Assembly (NCBI GenBank): GCA_009781515.1
Contig: WQXY01000005.1
Span: 8,210-72,209 of the forward strand
From: Oscillospiraceae bacterium
GTDB lineage: Bacteria; Bacillota; Clostridia; Oscillospirales; Oscillospiraceae
Direction: 5' to 3'
Length of the DNA: 64,000 nucleotides
Part shown: positions 56,592 through 64,000 of the stretch, one piece after another
Layout: each line of letters begins with the position of its first letter
Numbering within the stretch: position 1 is the stretch's first letter
The notes under the pieces: generated by a model
What the model saw: the letters and a program-made list of their open reading frames with translations, nothing else
Told to the model about the DNA's origin: nothing
The model's database searches: none
Program-made: the position numbers and the translations under genes

Positions 56592-57577
56592 AGATTATTC
56601 CTCTTCTTTCTGATGTCATCGCCATAAAATGTAAGCACCTGATATTCACCCTCAAGTCGTGACATAATTTGCTCCGAGTAGCGGCGACGCATTTCGTCTA
56701 TTGTCATATTTGAATTTACAAGTGTTTTTTTTGCTGTGACAAGCCTTGTGTTTATGATTTCGTAGAGAGCCGAAATTGTAAAAGTGGTTGTCATTTCAGT
56801 GCCGAGGTCATCAATAATAAGCAGGTCGCACTCCAAATAACGCTTTATCTCATCTCTTGTTTCCCCGGGGTTCTCCGCCTTTTGAAACTTCGCATCTTCA
56901 AACTTGGAAAACATGGCGCCTGCCATATCATATACAACAGAATAGCCTCTGTCGGCAACAACACGTGCTATACACGCGGATAAAAATGTCTTTCCAAGAC
57001 CGGGTGCACCGTTAAAAAACAGGTTCATGGATTTAGGTCCAAAATTCTTTGCGTACTGGGTGCATATTTCATAGACAACTTCCATGCTCTTTCTCGGCGA
57101 AATACCCGTTTCGGGAGTGGAACTGTCATCATAAAACGACAGCTCAAAGCTTTCAAACGTTTCATCACCAAGCTTTAACAAACTGCTCAGTGAAGATTTT
57201 TGCTCTTCCTTATACAGCGCCATAAGACAATCACACATTTTTGAGTCTATGTGACCTGTATCGCTGCATTTTTTGCAAAAATATTCCTCATCAAGATAGT
57301 TTGGGGCAAATCCTGCCGCAGTGAGCGCTTCTTTGCGTTCTTTCTGAATTTTAGTATTTTTCTCGCGAATACCGTCTATTTGAGAAGCATCACCCATACC
57401 TAAGGAAATGCCGACAAGCTCTGCCATGGTTGCTCTAAGCTCCATGTCAAGCTCACGAATACGCGGCACTTTCGCATAAACCTCCGCGATACGCCTTTCA
57501 AGTTTTTCCGCGCTCTCTTTACGTTTGCCCTCGAGTGCATTTCTTGCTTTTGCCAATAGTTTACCGTCTATTGCCAT
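56585..57577 (-). CDS. DnaI/DnaC-type helicase loader ATPase
   Basis: Zinc motif CKKCSDTGH...CDC. Walker A GAPGLGKT. Walker B LLIIDDLG. Confidence 0.8.
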   Translation of the reverse strand: MAIDGKLLAKARNALEGKRKESAEKLERRIAEVYAKVPRIRELDMELRATMAELVGISLGMGDASQIDGIREKNTKIQKERKEALTAAGFAPNYLDEEYFCKKCSDTGHIDSKMCDCLMALYKEEQKSSLSSLLKLGDETFESFELSFYDDSSTPETGISPRKSMEVVYEICTQYAKNFGPKSMNLFFNGAPGLGKTFLSACIARVVADRGYSVVYDMAGAMFSKFEDAKFQKAENPGETRDEIKRYLECDLLIIDDLGTEMTTTFTISALYEIINTRLVTAKKTLVNSNMTIDEMRRRYSEQIMSRLEGEYQVLTFYGDDIRKKRNNLC

Positions 57578-57579
57578 AG

Positions 57580-58524
57580 CTACTCTTCCTTAGTCTTGTT
57601 TAATATCCGGGCCATGCGTTCCATTTCTTCGCTGTTTGGATTGCCGTGTTTTTGCCCGCTCTGCCCTGCAGCCGCTCCGCCATTGCCTGCTTTGTTATCC
57701 TTTTCGAGCACTTGCTGTGCCGTATGAATTCCGCCTGAATGCCACCTTTTTAGTATTGTGTCCATATACGGCCATGATAATGAGCCTGTGTTGATAACCG
57801 TTTTATCGTATGCAAGCTCAATGGCATCAATCTCAAAACCCATGTCCACCCAACTGTCAACATACTTTTTCTCTGTCGCAGAAAATTCGCGGTCTTTTAT
57901 TTGCAGTGTCCGTCGGATTTTTCCTCTGACACTTTTTCGCTCCTCAAGGGCTCTTAGATAGTCCTCTGCCTGCTCTATTGTGAAAATACCCTCGCGTTCC
58001 CATGTGTACGCGGCTTTTTCTATGTATCGGATTGACGGTGAGCGTCCGTCACCTGTTGTGTGACTTTCGTTAATGCAATGTGTGATAAGTTGTAGGATTA
58101 CCTCCGGCGGCAGCCTCAGATTGTCGTAAATTCCGAATAATCTGAGCAAATCATCGGGTGAGAGAATTTTTCCGAGTCTTCGCTGAGTTTCATCAACAAC
58201 GATTGTAAAGTCAGTATTTGATGACATCTCTGCCTTTACTTCATCTTCGGTATATTCACGTGGTTCATGCGGCTCGGGTACTGCGTCCCCGGCGTCTGTT
58301 TTGATGTCTAAAAGTCCGATGCGTGATAGTATCGCCATTGCCGACGCTACCCAACCCTTGCTCTTATCGAGTGCTTTGGCAGCTTCGGTTTCAGTGCTTT
58401 GTCCATGTGTTTTAATACTGTACAGATACAGCAGTGCAGCATCCCCGTCACCGGCACGTATAAGCTTATCAACCGCTTGCCCTGTGAGCGTTATAATTTC
58501 CGAACCTGTCACAGAAAGTTTCAT
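57580..58524 (-). CDS. DnaD-domain replication initiation/primosome protein
   Basis: DnaD-like repeats (YIEKAAYTWEREGI, YMDTILKRWHSGGI). Immediately upstream of the loader ATPase. Confidence 0.72.
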   Translation of the reverse strand: MKLSVTGSEIITLTGQAVDKLIRAGDGDAALLYLYSIKTHGQSTETEAAKALDKSKGWVASAMAILSRIGLLDIKTDAGDAVPEPHEPREYTEDEVKAEMSSNTDFTIVVDETQRRLGKILSPDDLLRLFGIYDNLRLPPEVILQLITHCINESHTTGDGRSPSIRYIEKAAYTWEREGIFTIEQAEDYLRALEERKSVRGKIRRTLQIKDREFSATEKKYVDSWVDMGFEIDAIELAYDKTVINTGSLSWPYMDTILKRWHSGGIHTAQQVLEKDNKAGNGGAAAGQSGQKHGNPNSEEMERMARILNKTKEE

Positions 58525-59852
58525 ATTTTTTTGATAAACTCCTTGAGTACATCTTCCATATCGGGGTGCCCAATCTCTTGCAGGCTGTACTCTACTCTGG
58601 TGTTGGGTTTGTTAATCTTTATAACACGTGACAGGTCAATCGGTGTTGCAATTACAACGCTGTCACAATCTGTTTTTTCGATTGTCGCTGAAAGGTCACG
58701 CATTTGCTCCTCGCCGTAACCCATTGCAGGAAGTAGTGTTCCAATATTCGGATAGTTACGATATGTCTCAGCTAATTTACCGACCGCGAACGGTCTCGGG
58801 TCAACAATTTCAGCCGCTCCAAAGCGTTTTGCCGCAACTATGCCTGCACCTATTTTCATCTCACCATGTGTTAAGGTTGGTCCGTCTTCAACAACCAACA
58901 CACGTTTCGAGCGTATAATCTCCGGTTTTTCCACACTGATTGTAGAGGCTGCATCAACTACCACAGCCGTCGGGTTTACTTTTGCTATGCTCTCTCTGAC
59001 TGTCAGTATATCCTTAAAATCCGCACTGTCTATCTTGTTAATAACGACAACATCTGCAAGGCGCAGTGTCACCTCTCCCGGATAGTACGACAGCTCATGA
59101 CCGGGGCGGTGCGGGTCGGTGACGGCAATCATTAAATCGGGTTTGTAGAACGGGAAGTCATTGTTACCGCCGTCCCAAAGAATTACATCACAGCCGTTCG
59201 GGTCGTTTTCAGCCGCGCGCAAAATCGCCTCGTAGTCCACACCTGCATATATAACATTTCCGCGTTCAATGTGCGGCTCGTATTCTTCCATTTCTTCAAT
59301 CGTACATTTATGCTTTGCCAAATCTTCGATTGCCGCAAAGCGTTGCACCTTTTGTGCCTCAAGGTCGCCGTAAGGCATCGGGTGGCGAATGGCAATCACC
59401 TTTAGACCGTTTGCCATGAGTATCTCGGCAATACGGCGTGATGTTTGGCTCTTTCCGCAACCTGTACGCACAGCTCCGACCGCAATCACAGGCTTTGTGC
59501 TCTTTATCATCGTGTTTTTATGACCAAGCATTGTAAATGCCGCACCCGCCGCGTTTACTTTTGCTCCGAGGCTCATCACATACGAATACGGCACATCGCT
59601 GTACGAGAACACGCAAGCGTCGGCATCAAGGGTTTTTATAAGATGCTCAAGTTCATCTTGTGCATATATGGGAATTCCGTTACTATATAACTTACCTGCA
59701 AGTGATGCCGGATACTTTCGGTCTGCTATATCCGGAATTTGAGCTGCCGTAAATGCAACAACCTCATAAGCAGGATTGTCTCTGTAAAAAACGTTAAAAT
59801 TGTGAAAATCACGTCCCGCCGCTCCAATAATTATGATTTTTTTTGGCGACAT
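58521..59852 (-). CDS. cyclic 2,3-diphosphoglycerate synthetase-like predicted GTPase (COG2403 family)
   Basis: IIIIGAAGRDFHNFN N-terminus; GCGKSQT P-loop. GGAAAGG SD precedes the ATG at 59852. Confidence 0.65.
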   Translation of the reverse strand: MSPKKIIIIGAAGRDFHNFNVFYRDNPAYEVVAFTAAQIPDIADRKYPASLAGKLYSNGIPIYAQDELEHLIKTLDADACVFSYSDVPYSYVMSLGAKVNAAGAAFTMLGHKNTMIKSTKPVIAVGAVRTGCGKSQTSRRIAEILMANGLKVIAIRHPMPYGDLEAQKVQRFAAIEDLAKHKCTIEEMEEYEPHIERGNVIYAGVDYEAILRAAENDPNGCDVILWDGGNNDFPFYKPDLMIAVTDPHRPGHELSYYPGEVTLRLADVVVINKIDSADFKDILTVRESIAKVNPTAVVVDAASTISVEKPEIIRSKRVLVVEDGPTLTHGEMKIGAGIVAAKRFGAAEIVDPRPFAVGKLAETYRNYPNIGTLLPAMGYGEEQMRDLSATIEKTDCDSVVIATPIDLSRVIKINKPNTRVEYSLQEIGHPDMEDVLKEFIKKI

Positions 59853-59976
59853 AAGCTTACCTTTCCTTTCTCCGTTTGAAAACAACCTTAAGTATAACAA
59901 TAAAATTTGAATATTTCAATAAATTATTGTATAATACTGGGATATATAAACCTTTACTGTTGCAAGGGGTATGTAC

Positions 59977-60522
59977 ATGGTTGGACTTACTGACGACTAT
60001 ACCGGACATTCAATTTTAATATACGACATGGACGGCAACCACTTGAATAACACGGTGGTTAAAGAGCATAACAAGGCGGATAAGCAAATTCGTGTGGGTA
60101 ATTTACCTGCCTCTCTCGGTGCCAATGCCGACTGCAAGCTCTTAATATTGACATCGCCCGCACCTTGTGAGTATCAGGGGAAGGTTAAAAAAGTCGGCGG
60201 GGCGTTTTATATCGCCATGTTCCAAGGGCAGCTTAAAGAAAACCGCACAGCCTCAAGATTTAATGTCAACACTCCCGCTCTGATTGATATATATGTATCC
60301 GAGGGTCAGCAATACAAGCTTCTCAATCCCGTGAAAGTTGTCCTGAAAAATATAAGCACCAGCGGTGTGCGGTTTGTCGCACCGTTTTATTCATTTAACG
60401 ACAGGGATAAATTCAGAATGCACATGACCATAAGCGGCAGCAATAAGCAGCTTATTGCCGAAGTTATGAACCATCTTGACAATGAACCTGTATCATCCGA
60501 TTACGGATGCCGTTTTGTATAA
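59977..60522 (+). CDS. PilZ-domain protein (c-di-GMP receptor)
   Basis: RTASR (RxxxR) followed by LKNISTSGVRF (D/NxSxxG). Confidence 0.6.
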   Translation: MVGLTDDYTGHSILIYDMDGNHLNNTVVKEHNKADKQIRVGNLPASLGANADCKLLILTSPAPCEYQGKVKKVGGAFYIAMFQGQLKENRTASRFNVNTPALIDIYVSEGQQYKLLNPVKVVLKNISTSGVRFVAPFYSFNDRDKFRMHMTISGSNKQLIAEVMNHLDNEPVSSDYGCRFV

Positions 60523-60534
60523 AGGACATTAGTT

Positions 60535-61623
60535 ATGAGTGAAGGCAGTGGTAATTTAATTCCCGTATCAATCAGACTCTTGTACGATGGAATGACTGTA
60601 CAAGATAATGTTTACGATGCCGACGGCGACAGATTGCTCATTACTGCAGGCAACACATTAAATGCCGACCAAATCGAGAGAATTCATCGAATTAACAGCG
60701 GCAGGGATACCATTTTTGTTACCGGACGAACTCATAAAACCATGGTATCAAAACGTCCGAACATTGATATAGACAGCCGTGCCGAAGTTGAAGAGAACAC
60801 AGGATATACGGAGTTTAAGGACAGCACTTCTGATATGCTCGGGGAGATAGCCGGCAAAAAGAAAGTCAGTCAAGAGTCGTTAAACGAAGTTGCAGACGCA
60901 CTTTCCGACCGCATTATATCTACACCACCCGACGTTGTTATGTCGCTTATCAACTCCATGGCACCGGTCGACGAATATCTGCAACGGCACAGTGTCAATG
61001 TAGGTATGCTCAGCGGCCTAATCGGACAATGGTTCAGCTTGGGTAAGGAGCATATTGATAAACTCGCACTGATCGGACTTTTGCACGATTGCGGAAATAC
61101 ATTTATGCCGCCGCACGTACTGACCGCAGAGCGTAAACTCACTGTCGTAGAATACGAGGTTATTAAAACGCACCCTGTCCATACCCACGAACTGCTCGCA
61201 GAATTTCCCGAGGATGTACGCCTCGCGGCAAGCTCTCACCACGAAAGGCTTGACGGCAGCGGTTATCCAAAGGGGCTTAAAGGCGACGCCATACCTCTCG
61301 AAGCCCGCATAGCAGCCGTTGCCGATATATATGATGCCATGACCTCAAAACGCCCTTACAGAGCACCGAACAGCCCGTTCAAAGTATTGGCACAGCTTGA
61401 GAGCCTATGCTCCGACAAGCTCGACAGTAACGTGGTAGGTGTTTTTAAGCAGAACATGCCAAAAGAGCTTATTGATAAGCCTGTTACAATGTCAGACGGT
61501 ACAATCGGTATTGTCCGCGAGATTGACCCTGACGATATTGAGTTTCCAAAGGTTGAAATAAGCAAGCGTGTGGTGAAAACAAGCACCGCCTTGCACTGCG
61601 TGTCAATGTTCAGCGATGATTAG
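60535..61623 (+). CDS. HD-GYP domain c-di-GMP phosphodiesterase
   Basis: LLHDCG...HHERLDGSGYPKGL...ADIYDAMTSKRPYR. Confidence 0.85.
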   Translation: MSEGSGNLIPVSIRLLYDGMTVQDNVYDADGDRLLITAGNTLNADQIERIHRINSGRDTIFVTGRTHKTMVSKRPNIDIDSRAEVEENTGYTEFKDSTSDMLGEIAGKKKVSQESLNEVADALSDRIISTPPDVVMSLINSMAPVDEYLQRHSVNVGMLSGLIGQWFSLGKEHIDKLALIGLLHDCGNTFMPPHVLTAERKLTVVEYEVIKTHPVHTHELLAEFPEDVRLAASSHHERLDGSGYPKGLKGDAIPLEARIAAVADIYDAMTSKRPYRAPNSPFKVLAQLESLCSDKLDSNVVGVFKQNMPKELIDKPVTMSDGTIGIVREIDPDDIEFPKVEISKRVVKTSTALHCVSMFSDD

Positions 61624-61631
61624 CTTCGCAC

Positions 61632-62300
61632 CTATGGTTCGGGGTCGTTGTCGAGTGTTATAAAGTAGTCATAATACTGCATCAGGAACTTATAACCCTT
61701 GATAAGCCGCGAGGCAAGCTCACGCGAAAACACTTCCTCACCGATAGGCTGCATATGCATCAGTGCAAATGTCTTTTTATTGTACCAGTCCGTTAGTTTC
61801 GGATTTGGCGCTTCTTTTTTGCATGAATACTCGGGTCCGTCAAGGATAAACTCGTCTTGCTTCGCGAGCGGAGCTATCAGCTTTTCAAAAGCTTTAGGGT
61901 TCTTGTCAATACGCGCTCTGTGCTTCGCCATTGTTTTGGCGAACGCCGAATAATACCCTAAGCCGTAGCTCCAGTTTTCAAGCGCAAGCTCAAACCAAAA
62001 CACAGGCGTAGACGTCCACTCCTCGCTTGGTTTTTCAATGGAAAACCACAGGTTTGTCCTGTACGGCTCCCCGCCTCGCACCCTCCGTGCGTCCTTGTAT
62101 ATGCGAGAGAGTTTATGGATAAAACCATACTTGGCAAAGTCCGAATTTATCTGCTCAAACACTTCCCGACCCAACTCTTTCATCGGGTCGCGAAACTCCC
62201 GTATAAATTCATCCTTATGCTCTTCAAACCATTGTTTTTCATTGTTAAAACGCAGGTTCCACATAAAATCTATTGTCTTTTGCGAAAAACCGTTAAACAT
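61632..62300 (-). CDS. DUF2461 (TIGR02453) family protein
   Basis: FSQKTIDFMWNLRFNNEKQWFEEHKDEF is the typical N-terminus. Confidence 0.75.
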   Translation of the reverse strand: MFNGFSQKTIDFMWNLRFNNEKQWFEEHKDEFIREFRDPMKELGREVFEQINSDFAKYGFIHKLSRIYKDARRVRGGEPYRTNLWFSIEKPSEEWTSTPVFWFELALENWSYGLGYYSAFAKTMAKHRARIDKNPKAFEKLIAPLAKQDEFILDGPEYSCKKEAPNPKLTDWYNKKTFALMHMQPIGEEVFSRELASRLIKGYKFLMQYYDYFITLDNDPEP

Positions 62301-62315
62301 GGTTTACTTACCTTT

Positions 62316-64000
62316 CTAACCGTATAGTGGGCCGAACGCTGAGCATGCTTTATAGTCCGCCGCTTCAAGGTTGTCTGTTCCAAACGCACTCCAAACATGC
62401 GGACGGAATATTTCTTCCTCCGCTACATTGTGCATCGCCACAGGAATTCGGAGCATACTCGCCAAGGTCAGAAGCTTTGCACCCACATGCCCGTACACTG
62501 TAACCCCGTGGTTTGCACCCCATGCCGCCATCACGCCGTATACATCCTTGAACGCACCCTTACCCGTCAGCTCCGGCACAAACCATGTGGTCGGCCATGT
62601 CGGGTCGGTACGTTTGTTAAGTATCTCGTGGGTTTTTTCGTCAAGCAGCACTGTTTGCCCCTGTGCAATTTGAAGTACAGGCCCTATACCGTCAATCAGA
62701 TTTACACGCAGCATGGTGACAGGCATTTCGGCTACATTTTTCCAATGGCTGGAATACCCGCCGCCTCTGAAATAGCTGTAGTCTGCACGGCACCACTCGG
62801 TTGCGTCAAGGCATGCTTTTATGTCGCTTTCCGTCATTTCCCAAAATGGTTTCATTTTTCCCTGCGCCGCACCCGTGCCGTCAAGAGCTGCTGCCCCTGA
62901 GTTGATAAGATGTATGAACCCTCCGGATGCTTTGCCCGTGGGCTTTTTGCCGCTCACACGCTCTGCAGCCTCACCGCTCCAGTATGTCCGCACATCGTGA
63001 AACACAGGAGCAACGTCGGAAACAAGCTTTCCAAAAAGCATGGACACAGCATTTAACGTATCATTTTCCGTAGCAAACGCGACAGGCTCTCTCGCACCGT
63101 TCCAGTCAAACGTAGATGCAAGTATAGCCTCTGTGAAATCAGCGTTGGGCAGCCAGTCTGTCCATTGCCGCTGACCTTGAAAACCACCTGCCACGGCATT
63201 TTTGCCGAGTGCTTCCTCGTGCCACCCTAACTCTTTTAATTTCGGGTTGCCAAACAATATATCTTTTACGATGACTGTCATTTTCGCGATAAAAGACCAG
63301 TCCTCCTCAGGCGGGATAACCTTTGATTTCGTGATAATATCAGGCAGGTCTTTTCCTTCGTTTTTATCATAACCTACCTTGCAATCAGCCTTTATCCATG
63401 ACAGTGCCTTGTTATATTCACTCTCGTCATAAATGCCGATTTTCATGCGACGCAGTATCTCCGTCATATCCACCCACTCAGCGCGGATACCAAAGTATTT
63501 TTGGAAAAACGACTCATTGCAGTAACTGCCGGCGATACCCATCGAAACACTGCCGATGTTTACATATGATTTATTTTTCAGCCAACCGACAGAAACAGCG
63601 CATTTTGCAAACGAAAGCAGTTTATCGGTTACGTCAGCAGGAATGGAATTATCGTCCAAATCCTGAACATCATGTCCGTAAATGCTAAAGGCAGGAAGTC
63701 CCTTTTGTGCGTATGCCGACATTACCGCCGCAAGATAAACCGCACCGGGGCGCTCCGTTCCGTTAAACCCCCAGACGGCTTTAATCGTATTTGCACTCAT
63801 ATCAAAGGTTTCACTGCCGTAGCACCAGCATGGCGTGACAGTCAGTGTCGCTATAACATTTTGAGTTGCAAAAAAATCATCACAAACAGCCGCTTCCGCT
63901 CCGCCGCCAATGGTTGTGGGCGAGATAACGCACTGCACGGGCGTACCGTCGGGATATCGAAGCTTAGATTGTATCAATTCCATGGCCGAGCGCGCCATAC
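62316..64000 (-). CDS. fucI: L-fucose isomerase (N-terminus outside the window)
   Basis: TVTPCWCYGSET, WGFNGTERPGAVYLAA, FRGGGYSS and WGANHG motifs align collinearly with FucI from about residue 30 onward. Confidence 0.9.
   Translation of the reverse strand, partial: MARSAMELIQSKLRYPDGTPVQCVISPTTIGGGAEAAVCDDFFATQNVIATLTVTPCWCYGSETFDMSANTIKAVWGFNGTERPGAVYLAAVMSAYAQKGLPAFSIYGHDVQDLDDNSIPADVTDKLLSFAKCAVSVGWLKNKSYVNIGSVSMGIAGSYCNESFFQKYFGIRAEWVDMTEILRRMKIGIYDESEYNKALSWIKADCKVGYDKNEGKDLPDIITKSKVIPPEEDWSFIAKMTVIVKDILFGNPKLKELGWHEEALGKNAVAGGFQGQRQWTDWLPNADFTEAILASTFDWNGAREPVAFATENDTLNAVSMLFGKLVSDVAPVFHDVRTYWSGEAAERVSGKKPTGKASGGFIHLINSGAAALDGTGAAQGKMKPFWEMTESDIKACLDATEWCRADYSYFRGGGYSSHWKNVAEMPVTMLRVNLIDGIGPVLQIAQGQTVLLDEKTHEILNKRTDPTWPTTWFVPELTGKGAFKDVYGVMAAWGANHGVTVYGHVGAKLLTLASMLRIPVAMHNVAEEEIFRPHVWSAFGTDNLEAADYKACSAFGPLYG

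Noticed and set aside
56585-58524. The DnaD-domain protein plus DnaC/DnaI-like ATPase considered as a phage replication module.
   Set aside because: The pair is flanked by housekeeping genes with no phage genes. This pairing is the normal chromosomal helicase-loading pair in Firmicutes.

Overview
The window looks like a Firmicutes/Clostridia-type chromosome segment. This is inferred from gene content: infC-rpmI-rplT with an L20-type leader, gatCAB, glgD, DnaD/DnaI-type loaders and murT/gatD. Most of it is housekeeping: icd, pntAA-AB-B, gatC/A-like/B, glcK, rmuC, a seven-gene glycogen block (glgB-C-D-A, a GH13 enzyme, glgP, malQ), tRNA-Pro, replication loaders and a partial fucI. There are also two hybrid sensor kinases and c-di-GMP genes (two HD-GYP, one PilZ).

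Three accessory patches stand out:
- 2.2-6.7 kb: a WxL-type cell-surface cluster. One protein has an N-terminal WxL domain followed by tandem Cys/His/Trp-rich modules.
- 9.4-20 kb: a mosaic island bracketed and subdivided by repeats. It carries a 140-bp inverted duplication of the gatD 3' end, a 49-bp third copy of that repeat, and a ~125-bp inverted promoter cassette. Its genes are VapBC, an RCC1-repeat surface protein, a decayed lipoprotein gene, and an orphan XRE + LytTR regulator + AgrC/ComD-type kinase module. Three LytTR box pairs are visible. They appear to drive a BACON-metzincin protease operon, the decayed gene plus a 32-codon peptide ORF, and a ~115-nt mini-transcript.
- 35-41.8 kb: a seven-gene operon of uncharacterised envelope proteins, preceded by face-to-face promoters and terminators that suggest antisense or attenuator control.

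Separately, both glutaminase subunits in the window (GatD-like and GatA-like) lack their catalytic residues. No CRISPR array, integrase or transposase was seen.
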